Positions 19,727-29,469 are shown, counted from the stretch's first letter. The stretch is DNA of 64,000 bases from an uncultured Poribacteria bacterium (GCA_958296135.2 CATQHZ020000001.1:864001-928000), one strand, 5' to 3'. Notes: a model not told the origin generated them from the sequence alone. A program made the numbers and translations.

Positions 19727-19897
19727 GTGAAAACTCAACAGGCTTTCATTACGATGGATAACCCTATCCGTCCGAATAGCACCGGTGCATTGACGCTGCA
19801 GCTGCCGTGGCTGCGCGCGGTGTTCACGTTCGCGCGCGGTGTTGTGACACTGCGTTCTCCTGAAACACTCGTACCCCCCCCCCTTTACATATATTAA
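19727..19897 (+). CDS. Putative leader ORF (56 aa) containing a C10 tract
   Basis: AGGAGA RBS (19715-19720) 6 nt before GTG; the ORF ends ...LVPPPLYIY* just after the poly-C tract. Confidence 0.5.
   Translation: MKTQQAFITMDNPIRPNSTGALTLQLPWLRAVFTFARGVVTLRSPETLVPPPLYIY
19874..19883 (+). repeat. Poly-C homopolymer (C10), candidate slipped-strand phase-variation tract
   Basis: gtaCCCCCCCCCCtttac; the longest G/C homopolymer I noticed in the window. Confidence 0.8.
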
Positions 19898-19976
19898 CCA
19901 TTGCGAGCTCGGTAGGAAGGCGATCCGGGGGACACCCCTGCCCACTTCCGCTGCAGAATTCCCTTTTAGAGCCCAG

Positions 19977-20000
19977 GCGCGCTTTCCAAGCGCGCTTTTC
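19977..20000 (+). terminator. Hairpin followed by a short U-run inside the leader (possible attenuator)
   Basis: GCGCGCTT-TCC-AAGCGCGC-TTTTC. Confidence 0.45.
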
Positions 20001-20148
20001 GTGTTGTTGCGTAGGTACTTCTTGCGCTCGGGGAAGGCATCGGGACGAGGGGATTTCTCTCAGGTGGGCAGGCATCGCAATCGGCTAGCACGCACGGCAC
20101 TGCCGCAACCGGTGCGGTGCCGCGCCATAAATTGAATGAGGAATTTAA

Positions 20149-23100
20149 ATGATGATGAAAACTTTTTTGAACGCTTACGTTTTTCTGTTCCTTGTTGGGG
20201 TCGTCTTCATGGCTGCCCCGATAGCCGCGCAAGCGCAAGAAGATACCACGCCTCCGAGACCAATCACTTATGTTCCGGGTGAACAATATCCGCTCTCGTT
20301 CGTGAATGCAGCCGGTGCGACGTTGCCCTATGCACCGCATACCGGGCGTTCTCGCACTGCACGTGTGGTCAGAGACTGCAATGGGTATCCGTTTGATACG
20401 ACGTTCGGAGCTGCTTTCGCTGTGTTGTGTGATGCAGTGGATACGGAAACGTTCTACTCCACTCCTGAGCCGTGGGGGGTTGCCTATTACGGTGTCGGCG
20501 ATACCATCTATCTTCGTTGGGAATTTGACGAAAATGTGACGGTGACCGGCACGCCGAAATTGGAATTCTGGTTTAAGTCACATTCTCTCGCCGTCGGCGG
20601 TGACGGCCACCCGGGCTCGCGCTGCGCAACTCTCAAAGCCGGTGAGGGAAATGGCTCGAGCAACACACTTACCTTTGAATACACGGTGGAGCCGGGTGAC
20701 TATAACCCGGGTCTCACAATTGTGTCAGCGTTTTGTAGGCCCCATGACTTCAGCATAACAAATAATCATGACTTCAGCATAACAGATAATGTTGGCAACG
20801 AATTTGATCCAATCTCTCTAGGGGATTTTGGGTGGTTTGTAGCAAAACCGACGGCTAGAAGAGTTGATGGGATAAGCCCGTCGGTGAGAATCACCGGCGT
20901 GATATCGGCAGACTCTGAGACGCACGATGGGGATTACTTGAAACAGGAAGTCTTTGTTGAGACGCTTGAGCATAGTGTGTTACAGGCGGCCTCTCCCGTG
21001 CGCGTTTCTGGCGTGAAGACAGGCCCCTTTACGGTGGAAATCAGATTTTACGAAAACTTGGAAATACTCCCTTATCCAACACATGTTCTTGAGAGGACTG
21101 ATGTCGCAGAGGAGCCCGTGGGCTTTGAGGGAGATGACATCCAGGTGACTGATGCGAGTGGCAACGTGTTGGCTTGGCATGTCTCACCACCGACGTTTAT
21201 CGGGCTGGACCATCGTGCTACATTGCGCGGGGCCCATGGTCACGAGGGCCGTGCTGGGAATAAGGCCTATGTGGGCGAAGCAATCTGGAAGCCCTCGTTC
21301 GCGGTTTACAAAGTTACCATTACACCGACTGATTTTGATGGCGGTGAGGTGAGCATCCAAGTGCCTGCAGGTGCCACGCAGGACATCGCCGGTAACCCCA
21401 ATCACGTATCCAATACGTTAACCGTGTCTGTAGGGGACTTGAGCCCCCCGGTCGTGCAAAGCCTCCGGTTCGTTGAAACCGCAAGCGAGATATACACTGT
21501 CGGCGATGAGATTGCGGTTGAGGTGACGTTCGACGAAGACGGTGTCCGTCACGATGGCGGTGCGGCCAATCCGCCGTATCTGACGCTCTATTTAGGGGAG
21601 AGGACGCTGGCGAATGAACGGCATGCGACGTGGCAGCCGAACTCGGAACGCACGGGTTCAACGGTAGTGACGTTCGTGTATCCTATCCAATTCGGAGATG
21701 CGGCTGAGTCGGTGAGTGTGAAAGCGACGGGGATTTCGGTTCCTGTGGGGGTGACGGTGAGCGATGCGGATGGGAACCAGATTGTTGGGGCATCGTCTCG
21801 GGCTGAGCCGCCTGGGACTGCGCCGGATGAGGAGACACCTGCGTCGGATATGCAGTTGCGCTTTGAGGATGCCACCTTGCGTGAGATTCGTGAAACGGAA
21901 GAGAAAAAACCTGTCCACACCATTTTCCCGGTGCTAGAGACGGCGGATCCGAAGTCTCCCGCCTCCGATGTGCCGCGCAGCCCGTTGGTGTTCAACGAGT
22001 TGGGCAATGGCAGTGGTGCTGCAAATGACTGGCTGGAATTGCGGAATGTCACGGGTTCGGCTGTCTCCTTGAAAGACTGGGAGCTCAGCGTCGTGCAAGA
22101 TGACAAAAAGGAAGATACGTCGCTCATTGTGTTTCCGGATGCCAGCGTGCCGGCGAACGGCCTGCTGTTGGTAACAAACAGCGCGCCAGAGAAAACGCCG
22201 CTGGCGGGTGGTGAGAAGAGAGGGTTGTCGCATGCGTTTTTGGTGGATGCGGGGCTCTCGCTGCCGGATGATGGGAAGTTCCTGTTGATTCTCCGTAATG
22301 CGAAGGATAAGCTTGGCATGAACGCGGCGTTCGTGGATGTCGCCGGTGGCGGTGGCAGTGACACGGATGCGTTCGTCCGCGAGCAGACAGGCGACTACGA
22401 TACGCACGTCTGGCCGTTGCAAGTGCTACAAGCTCCCGGTGGTGACACCGAAGACGCGCTAAGTTCGGGCAAAGTGTGGCAGCGCGCGAAAGCGGATATC
22501 ATTGGGTATCATAAAGATGCCTGGGCGGAAGCCGCCTTCACCGGTATCGGCTATGATAGGAATGTTTCCAAGTCGGCGGCGACAGCAGGCACGCCGGGGT
22601 ATCCGAATGGTGCCGTGAAAACGGCAGCAGCTACGCCGAAGGGTGCTATCACTATCAGCGAAGTCATGTTTGATTCGGGTGGTGGCACGCTGCCGCAGTG
22701 GATAGAACTCTATAATGCGTCCAAAACGGAGGCCCTGAATCTGAATCGGTGGCAGCTGGAGTTCCAGAACGTCGATTCGGAAGACTTGGTAGGGCGGCCG
22801 ATTGTGGCGTTAACGTTGCAGGAGAAGGTGATTCAGCCGAATCAGACGCTGCTGCTCGTCGCGGGTGCTGCGCGTGCCTCGTCGGCGGATGTTTTCCCGG
22901 CCGATAGGGTTTACAATCTGTTGGCTTTGCATCAGCGGAACCTGCGCATCAAGACTGCGCGGGATACGTTCCTGAGTGCCGAGGGCTTCTATCTGAAGTT
23001 GACAGACGGCAATGGTAACCTCGTAGACGAGGTTGGCAACACCGATGGCAATCGTCGGACGAAGGATGCGCCGGCGTGGGCGTTACCGGTGAGTGGCGAG

Positions 23101-23637
23101 GCAGGCGTTCGGAGCTCGCTGATTCGGCGTTACAAGGATAACGTGGCGCGAGATGGGAAGGAGAAGGCCAGCTGGGTCTTGTCTGCGAACATCCGGCAGG
23201 TTGCCACGGGCGAACTCCATTATGGGCATGCGGAGGACATCGGCACGCCGGGGTATCGGAAAGGCGGTGCGTTGCCGGTGGAATTGTCAAGTTTCACCGT
23301 GGCGCGCACGGAGGCCGGTGCGGTTGTCGTGACCTGGACGACTGAGTCTGAGGTGGATAACGCCGGGTTTAACCTGCGTCGGAGTGAGCGGCGCGATAGT
23401 GGGTTCACGCTTTTGAATGCTGCGTTGATTGCGGGTGCTGGCACGACGGGTGAGCGTCAGACGTATACGTATATGGATACGTCCGCGAAGCCGGGTGTTG
23501 CGTATTACTATCAGATTGAGGAGGTCGCGTTTGATGGCCGGCCGGCGACGTTAGTGACGCGTCGGTTGCGGGGCCCTGTTTCACCTGCGCATCGGCAGTT
23601 GACGATGTTTGGTGCTGTGAAGCAGCAGGCGAAATAA
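20149..23637 (+). CDS. Large secreted or surface protein with Ig-like and two lamin-tail domains
   Basis: Signal peptide (..AAQAQ); VFNEL...DWLELRN and ISEVM...QWIELYN lamin-tail motifs; GTPG motifs; LPVELSSF..W.TESE.DNAGFN C-terminal domain. Confidence 0.85.
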   Translation: MMMKTFLNAYVFLFLVGVVFMAAPIAAQAQEDTTPPRPITYVPGEQYPLSFVNAAGATLPYAPHTGRSRTARVVRDCNGYPFDTTFGAAFAVLCDAVDTETFYSTPEPWGVAYYGVGDTIYLRWEFDENVTVTGTPKLEFWFKSHSLAVGGDGHPGSRCATLKAGEGNGSSNTLTFEYTVEPGDYNPGLTIVSAFCRPHDFSITNNHDFSITDNVGNEFDPISLGDFGWFVAKPTARRVDGISPSVRITGVISADSETHDGDYLKQEVFVETLEHSVLQAASPVRVSGVKTGPFTVEIRFYENLEILPYPTHVLERTDVAEEPVGFEGDDIQVTDASGNVLAWHVSPPTFIGLDHRATLRGAHGHEGRAGNKAYVGEAIWKPSFAVYKVTITPTDFDGGEVSIQVPAGATQDIAGNPNHVSNTLTVSVGDLSPPVVQSLRFVETASEIYTVGDEIAVEVTFDEDGVRHDGGAANPPYLTLYLGERTLANERHATWQPNSERTGSTVVTFVYPIQFGDAAESVSVKATGISVPVGVTVSDADGNQIVGASSRAEPPGTAPDEETPASDMQLRFEDATLREIRETEEKKPVHTIFPVLETADPKSPASDVPRSPLVFNELGNGSGAANDWLELRNVTGSAVSLKDWELSVVQDDKKEDTSLIVFPDASVPANGLLLVTNSAPEKTPLAGGEKRGLSHAFLVDAGLSLPDDGKFLLILRNAKDKLGMNAAFVDVAGGGGSDTDAFVREQTGDYDTHVWPLQVLQAPGGDTEDALSSGKVWQRAKADIIGYHKDAWAEAAFTGIGYDRNVSKSAATAGTPGYPNGAVKTAAATPKGAITISEVMFDSGGGTLPQWIELYNASKTEALNLNRWQLEFQNVDSEDLVGRPIVALTLQEKVIQPNQTLLLVAGAARASSADVFPADRVYNLLALHQRNLRIKTARDTFLSAEGFYLKLTDGNGNLVDEVGNTDGNRRTKDAPAWALPVSGEAGVRSSLIRRYKDNVARDGKEKASWVLSANIRQVATGELHYGHAEDIGTPGYRKGGALPVELSSFTVARTEAGAVVVTWTTESEVDNAGFNLRRSERRDSGFTLLNAALIAGAGTTGERQTYTYMDTSAKPGVAYYYQIEEVAFDGRPATLVTRRLRGPVSPAHRQLTMFGAVKQQAK

Positions 23638-23639
23638 AA

Positions 23640-24395
23640 GTAGGACGGGGGCTGTCCCTCGCGATGCAGAGAAAACGGCCGTGGCTCTTCGGGGTTGCGG
23701 CTGTTTTCGTTTGGGTTGGGCGATGGCGAGGGGCCCCTTCTACCGTAGGGCGCGGTCCTGTGCCGCGCCATGCATTGGTCTATCAAGGGGGCTTTCTTGT
23801 TGCGTGAACGATCGCGAGGGACAGTGGACATCTCTGCAGCGAGGCGGCAGAGATGACAAAGTTTCGGCGTGACGGCCCTCGCGCTACGGTTAAAAGGGCC
23901 CGTCGGTGAAAAGGGCCCCTTAGTCCGTAGGGCGCGGTCCTGTGCTGCGCCATGCCTCGGTCAATCAAGGGGCTTCGCGAGGGACAGGTTTTTGCGCGAT
24001 GGTGAAAAGGGGCCTTTCTTGTCGGTCGAGGGATCGCGAGGGACAGGCCCTCGCGCTACGGTTAAAAGGGCCCGTCAGTTAAAATGCGCCTTAGTCCGTA
24101 GGGCGCGGTGCTGTGCCGCGCCATGCATTGGTCTATCAAGAGGAATCGCGAGGGACAGGTTTTCCTTCGCGCGACGGTGAAAGGGGCCTTTCTTGTCGCG
24201 TGGACGATCGCGAGGGACAGGCCCTCGCGCTACGGTAGAAGGAGCGGTTTTGAGGGTCGGTGAAAAGGGGCCCTTAGTCCGTAGGGCGCGGTCCTGTGCT
24301 GCGCCGTGCATCGGTCTGTAGACGAACATCGAGACGCGGGAGGTCTCTCCTACCGGGGGATGAGTTTTCTGTCGCGCGAGAGTGAAAAGGGGCCG
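23640..24395. repeat. Large REP mosaic (families A, B, C)
   Basis: Four family C copies (about 23743, 23917, 24089, 24271), each followed by an inverted family A or B copy. Confidence 0.9.
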
Positions 24396-24496
24396 TTAAG
24401 ATTATTTGCAATAAACGTTGCTTTTATGGTAAACTATCTCCAGAATGTTAACGAATTTTCTTTTTATCCATTTTATCCATTTTCAGAGGAGAAACT

Positions 24497-25462
24497 ATGG
24501 AAACAGTCAAACTCGGTTTTATCGGTACGGGGGGCATGGCTGGTGCCCACATGCGCAATCTCAAGGACAATTTTGCGGATGTTGAATTCACGGCGATGTG
24601 CGATGTCTCGGAAGACCGCGCCAAACAGCGCGCCCAAGAATTCGGCGGTAATGCTTACACCGACTTCCGGGTCATGTATGACAAGGAAGAGTTGGATGCG
24701 GTTTATATCTGCACGCCGCCGTTTGCACACGGTGAACAAGAACGCATCGCTTGTGAACGCGGCATCGCCATGTTCATCGAGAAACCCATCCACTCGGAAC
24801 TGGAACCGGCCGTGATTATCAACGATTACATTGAGCAGACCGGCGTGATTACGAGTGTCGGCTACCATTGGCGTTACGGTGGCAATGCGCAAAACGCAAA
24901 GGCGCTGCTGGATGCAGAGCCCCAAGTCCTCGGTGCACTCGGTTATTGGGTGGGCGGGTTGCCCGGTACCCCGTGGTGGCGCGTCCGCGCGCAATCCGGC
25001 GGCCAACACGTTGAACAGACGACGCACATTTTCGACCTGGCCCGGTTCCTCATCGGGAGCGATGGGAAGACTGTGCACGGTGTCGCCGCCAGCGGCAGCA
25101 TGACGGATATCCCGAATTATGATGTGGACGACATCAGCATGGTGAACATTGAGTTCCAAAACGGCACCGTCGCGAACATTGTCTCCTCTTGTGCGATGGA
25201 AGGCTACGGCCGCGTGCAGCTGGAAGTGTTCTGCCGGGGCCTCGTTGTCACCGTCGGCGGCCCGAACAACTTCAACCGCAAAGGTGAGACGGAACCGCTG
25301 GGCGGCGAAGGTGGTGCAGACCGGGATAGGGTGTTCATTGACGCGGTGAAGAGCGGCGACGGTTCACAAATCTTGTCGTCCTATAGCGATGCGTTGCAGA
25401 CGCTCCGCATTATGCTCGCGGCAAGCACCTCTTTCCGCACGGGCAAAGCTGTTGATCTTTAG
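24497..25462 (+). CDS. Gfo/Idh/MocA family oxidoreductase
   Basis: Motifs GFIGTGGMA..H, ICTPP..H, EKP and SGG..VEQ.TH.FD. Confidence 0.92.
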   Translation: METVKLGFIGTGGMAGAHMRNLKDNFADVEFTAMCDVSEDRAKQRAQEFGGNAYTDFRVMYDKEELDAVYICTPPFAHGEQERIACERGIAMFIEKPIHSELEPAVIINDYIEQTGVITSVGYHWRYGGNAQNAKALLDAEPQVLGALGYWVGGLPGTPWWRVRAQSGGQHVEQTTHIFDLARFLIGSDGKTVHGVAASGSMTDIPNYDVDDISMVNIEFQNGTVANIVSSCAMEGYGRVQLEVFCRGLVVTVGGPNNFNRKGETEPLGGEGGADRDRVFIDAVKSGDGSQILSSYSDALQTLRIMLAASTSFRTGKAVDL

Positions 25463-25540
25463 GTTGAACGATTTTGTTTATTGGGCGGGTAGAGATGTCC
25501 GCCCTTATGGTATCCGGATTGCAGGGATGTTGAGAGTATT

Positions 25541-25707
25541 GCATCGAGACGCGGGAGGTCTCTCCGACGGTATTGCATCGAGACGCGGGAGGTCTCTCCT
25601 ACCGGGGGGATGTTGAGACGCGGGAGGTCTCTCCGACGGTATTGCATCGAGACGCGGGAGGTCTCTCCGACGGGAGGGGAGTCAAGACGCGGGAGGTCTC
25701 TCCTACT
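25541..25707. repeat. Five tandem family B REP copies
   Basis: GAGACGCGGGAGGTCTCTCC(T/G)AC x5. Confidence 0.9.
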
Positions 25708-25755
25708 GAAGAGTGTTGTCCGGGTACGCGAAAAGAAGAAAGAAAAGGAGAACTC

Positions 25756-26514
25756 ATGGCAATTAACCAATCAATCTGTTTTGGCGGTTTCAGCCGCGGT
25801 GCGGAAGATCCGAAAGATGTCATCCGTAAGGCTGCTGAGATTGGCTATAAATCCGTTGAAATGCTCCCCACGGAGCTCTGGCCGGTCGTGCGGGACTGCG
25901 GTATGCGTGTTGCGATTATCGTCGGACATGCCTCGCTTCCCGATGGCTTAAACAAGCGCGAGAACCATGATAGGATCGAGGACGAGATTCTTAAGAATAT
26001 TGACATCGCTGCGGCGAACGATATCCCCGGTCTGATTTGCTTCTCTGGCAATCGTGAAGGGAAATCGGAGGCGGAGGGACGCGATAACACGATAGAAGGG
26101 TTGTCGCGCGTTACCAAAGCGGCGGAGGAGAAAGGGATCAACCTCTGCATCGAACTGCTCAACAGCAAAGTCAACCATCCGGATTACCAGTGTGATAAGA
26201 CGGAGTGGGGTGTTGAGGTGTGTAAGGGTGTCGGTTCGCCGCGTGCGCTGTTGCTGTACGACATCTACCACATGCAGATTATGGAGGGCGATCTCATCCG
26301 CAATATCACCGATTATAGTGACTATATCGGGCATTACCACACGGCGGGGAACCCCGGTCGCCGCGATCTGGATGACGAGCAGGAGATTTACTATCCTGCC
26401 GTGATGCGCGCTATCGCGAAGACTGGGTATGACCTCTACGTGGGGCATGAATTCGGCCCTAAAGGGGATGCGATTGCCGCGATGCAGGCGGCGTTTGATG
26501 TGTGTAACGTCTAA
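25756..26514 (+). CDS. Hydroxypyruvate isomerase family TIM-barrel protein
   Basis: Motifs ICFSGNR, ELLNSKVNH.DYQCD, LLYDIYHMQIMEGD and HYHTAGNPGR; AAGGAG RBS before ATG 25756. Confidence 0.9.
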   Translation: MAINQSICFGGFSRGAEDPKDVIRKAAEIGYKSVEMLPTELWPVVRDCGMRVAIIVGHASLPDGLNKRENHDRIEDEILKNIDIAAANDIPGLICFSGNREGKSEAEGRDNTIEGLSRVTKAAEEKGINLCIELLNSKVNHPDYQCDKTEWGVEVCKGVGSPRALLLYDIYHMQIMEGDLIRNITDYSDYIGHYHTAGNPGRRDLDDEQEIYYPAVMRAIAKTGYDLYVGHEFGPKGDAIAAMQAAFDVCNV

Positions 26515-26537
26515 TCTGCATCTTGAGCGGTGCTCTG

Positions 26538-26970
26538 GTAGGCGCGGTTTTTAACCGCGCCTATTGATGATGCGGGGTTTCGCGAGGGGCACCCTCGGCG
26601 ATTCGCGCTCGCCGGGTTTTCCCTCGCGCTACGGTGGAAGGGGCCTCTCTCGCGGGTCGAACGCTCGCGAGGGGAACCCTCGGCGATTCGTGCTCGCCGG
26701 GCCCTCGAGCTACGGTACTAAGGGGCTTCTTTCGCGCGAGGGTAGAAGGGCCCTTAGTCCGTAGGGCGCGGTGCTGTGCTGCGCCATGCCTCGGTCTATC
26801 AAGGGGTTTCGCGAGGGTTCCCCTCGGCGATTCGTGCTCGCCGGGTTTTCCCTCGCGCTACGGTGGAAGGGGCCTCTCTCGCGGGTCGAACGCTCGCGAG
26901 GGACAGGCCCTCGCGCTACGGTACTAAGGGGCCTTGCGAGGGACAGGCCCTCGCGCTACGGTGGAAGGGG
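26538..26970. repeat. Family E hairpin followed by a REP mosaic
   Basis: GTAGGCGCGGTTTTTAACCGCGCCTA at 26538-26563, then family A copies with CGGCGATTCG(C/T)GCTCGCCG loop inserts and one family C copy. Confidence 0.88.
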
Positions 26971-27094
26971 TGGGTTTGCAACGATGAGCGGGCAAGTGTT
27001 CTGTTGGAACAGAGCCGTGCGGAAAATTTGTCTTGCATTTGATGCGAATTGATGTTACAATTGTGACATTGATATCAGGAGGCCTCTGAAACTT

Positions 27095-27484
27095 ATGGCA
27101 TTACCCTTTGAAGACTCTCCGTTTGACGATGTCTCGCTGCGGGGAGAGGCGCGGCAAAAGCTTGCAGACCTGCGCGAAACAGCGAAAGAGAATAAGGATG
27201 GGAAACCTGTCGCGGAGGCGGCGTATGAAGAGGCACTTTCCGTGCTGGGGCGGCTTTCTCGGCATCTTCCGTTTCCGGAACTGGAAGTGTTGGACGATGG
27301 CGCGATTTGCATGGAATGGTTTCCGAGGAAAGGGATGGTTACCATCAACGTCTATGGGGATGCGTACGTCTTTTTCGGTGCGACGTGGGGCAAGCCGAGC
27401 AAAATTACGGGGGTTTGCGAGCTCTCCGACCCGCTGATTTTGCCCACTTTCCTGAAAATGTTAAATGATTCATTTCGGAGGTAG
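27095..27484 (+). CDS. Hypothetical protein, paralog of 30270-30797
   Basis: Shares E.AY.EA...L..L....P.P....L.DG.I..EW...G...I..YGD..V..G with 30270-30797; own promoter TTGCAT-N17-TACAAT at about 27034-27062. Confidence 0.75.
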   Translation: MALPFEDSPFDDVSLRGEARQKLADLRETAKENKDGKPVAEAAYEEALSVLGRLSRHLPFPELEVLDDGAICMEWFPRKGMVTINVYGDAYVFFGATWGKPSKITGVCELSDPLILPTFLKMLNDSFRR

Positions 27485-27663
27485 CGTTGTAGCCGTAGCC
27501 GCTCTCTGCTACGTCAATTTTCCATTCGTAAACAAATGGCAGAACATAAAAATACAAGGCTTACGCAAGATTCATAATTCTTGTCCGGTAGGTTCGGTTT
27601 GTCTGCGCGCTTTGGCGGCGCGCCTACGGGGCTCTGCTGCGTAATGCCTAAGGAGATTCTAAC

Positions 27664-29241
27664 ATGACGAAGTTCGCGTTTTTATGGTGCGTTATCGTGA
27701 TGGCTGTGGGGTTTTCCTCCTGCGATAGAATCCAGCAGGTGATGGCTCCGGATGCACCTCCGATGATGGAGGATACCGGTGAGCCAATTCGCATTGGGTT
27801 GGCTGTGCCTCTGACAGGTGCGTTTGAGTCAACCCTCGGTCTGGTGCTGAAAAGGGGGGCTGAGTTGGCGCTTGAGGAGCTTAACGCTCTCCATGGGGGA
27901 GTCGCGACATTCACCTTTGTGATTGAGGACAACCAAAGCACGCCGATGGGTGGCGTTGCGGCTTACACGAGACTGATTGAAGAGTACGGCGTGACAGCCA
28001 TCCTCGGTCCGACGACTTCCACCGTGGTTAGCGCGGTGTTTCCGGTTGCGCAAGAGAATGGTGTCGTGGCCTTAAGTCCGACTTCCGCTGCGCGTGGTCT
28101 GAGCGCGCTAGGCGAGTTCCTCTTCCGCAACAGCCTTACCGTGGACAGACTTATCCCCGGTGGCGTTGCCGAAACGCGGGAGAAATTGGGTTATCAGCGC
28201 GTGGTGACTGTCTATGATAGTGCCGATGTTTTCTCGCGGAGTAGCGATGAAGTGTTGCAAGAGACACTGCAGGAGAACGGCGTTGAGATTCTCGCCACGG
28301 AAACCTTTGAACTTGGGGATAGGGATTTTTCGGCGCAGTTGGCGCGGATAAAAGCTCTTAATCCTGATGCGATTTTTATTTCTGCGCAAACGACGGAGGC
28401 GACAGATGTGATTATCCAAGCGCGCCAGATGGGGATTTCGGTTGAAGTGCCGTTTATTTCCACTCTCACGGTGACTATCAGTGAGATAGAACGCGCTGCT
28501 GGTGCTGCTGAGGGGACAATCGCGTTCACGAGTTGGAGTAGCACAGCGGATACGCCCGGCAATCAGGAATTCGTTGCGAGTTATCGCGCGAAATACGGTG
28601 ACGAACCGAACGTCTTCGCGGCGCAGTCGTATGCTGCAGTCTACATTTTAGCAAAAGCGATTGCCGATGCAGGTTCGGCAGATGCTGCTGCCATCCAACA
28701 GGCGATGGCGAACATCAAAGATTTTGACACGGTGTTGGGCAAGTTCTCCTTTGACGAGAACGGGGATGGGGTTTACATGCCGGTCACGCTGATTGTGAAA
28801 GATGGCAAGTTGGAGGCTTTCAGCGAGGTGGAGGTGGCCGCAGCCGAGCAGGGAGAAGAACCCCGAGATCATCTCTGGGTAGTCAACCAGGACGGTGTTG
28901 AGGTGGCGGTGCCGGGCACGTGGGAGCTCATCTCGACGACGCATCCGAATTCCGTCTTTACCGTTGGGGACACCTTCACTTTGCCGCCGGCGTTGCCGCA
29001 CAAGGTGATGCAAACGGATGGTGTCTATACAGATAGTGAGGGGCGGCTTTGGACGATGGGGCATGTCATGCTTGCGGATGATTCGCGGTTCAAGTTCCTG
29101 GAGTGGGTGGACATGAGTGTCTCTCCGATGCAGCTGCATATCATTTTCAGAACCGATGCCGAGGGTGTGCCGTTGCTAGAGTATGGGACAGAGCCGTTTG
29201 ATGCGCCGGGACACGACGTGCAGGTTTGGGAGAGGCAGTAG
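27664..29241 (+). CDS. Branched-chain amino acid-type ABC substrate-binding lipoprotein with an extra C-terminal domain
   Basis: Lipobox-like FSSC; IRIG...PLTG, ED.QS.P, D.DFSAQL..IK...PDAIF and G.FSFDENGD; about 135 additional C-terminal residues. Confidence 0.85.
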   Translation: MTKFAFLWCVIVMAVGFSSCDRIQQVMAPDAPPMMEDTGEPIRIGLAVPLTGAFESTLGLVLKRGAELALEELNALHGGVATFTFVIEDNQSTPMGGVAAYTRLIEEYGVTAILGPTTSTVVSAVFPVAQENGVVALSPTSAARGLSALGEFLFRNSLTVDRLIPGGVAETREKLGYQRVVTVYDSADVFSRSSDEVLQETLQENGVEILATETFELGDRDFSAQLARIKALNPDAIFISAQTTEATDVIIQARQMGISVEVPFISTLTVTISEIERAAGAAEGTIAFTSWSSTADTPGNQEFVASYRAKYGDEPNVFAAQSYAAVYILAKAIADAGSADAAAIQQAMANIKDFDTVLGKFSFDENGDGVYMPVTLIVKDGKLEAFSEVEVAAAEQGEEPRDHLWVVNQDGVEVAVPGTWELISTTHPNSVFTVGDTFTLPPALPHKVMQTDGVYTDSEGRLWTMGHVMLADDSRFKFLEWVDMSVSPMQLHIIFRTDAEGVPLLEYGTEPFDAPGHDVQVWERQ

Positions 29242-29283
29242 ACTTGTCTGGCGCAGGAGACCGAACCCGAAGTTCTATCGTTA

Positions 29284-29445
29284 CCGTAGGGCGAGGGTCT
29301 GTCCCTTACCCTGCTTCGGTAAGAAAAATCATTTTGCATTTTATGCAAATTTGTGATAAAATTGAAGTCGAGACGCGGGAGATTTCTCCTACATCGTGAT
29401 AAAATTGAAGTAGACTATTGAGACACGGGAGGTTTCTCCTACATC
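29284..29445. repeat. GTAG hairpin, promoter, and duplicated -10 plus family B unit
   Basis: CCGTAGGGCGAGGGTCTGTCCCTTACCCT; GTGATAAAATTGAAGT...GAGAC(G/A)CGGGAG(A/G)TTTCTCCTACATC occurs twice. Confidence 0.75.
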
Positions 29446-29469
29446 TTGATTAAGGATAGGTGAGAGTTA

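Noticed and set aside
19727-23637. Poly-C frameshift fusing the leader ORF to the 1162-aa protein
   Set aside because: The protein's frame has stops upstream of its ATG (TAG 20086-88 and further TAA/TGA codons), so no tract length gives a fusion.
25573-25755. N-terminal extension of the Hyi-like ORF (similar extensions on hisD, the CapK-like gene, the Mo-oxidoreductase, DUF3108 and the 30748 ORF)
   Set aside because: The extensions run through REP or neighbouring-gene sequence. Better RBS-associated or family-consistent starts lie downstream.
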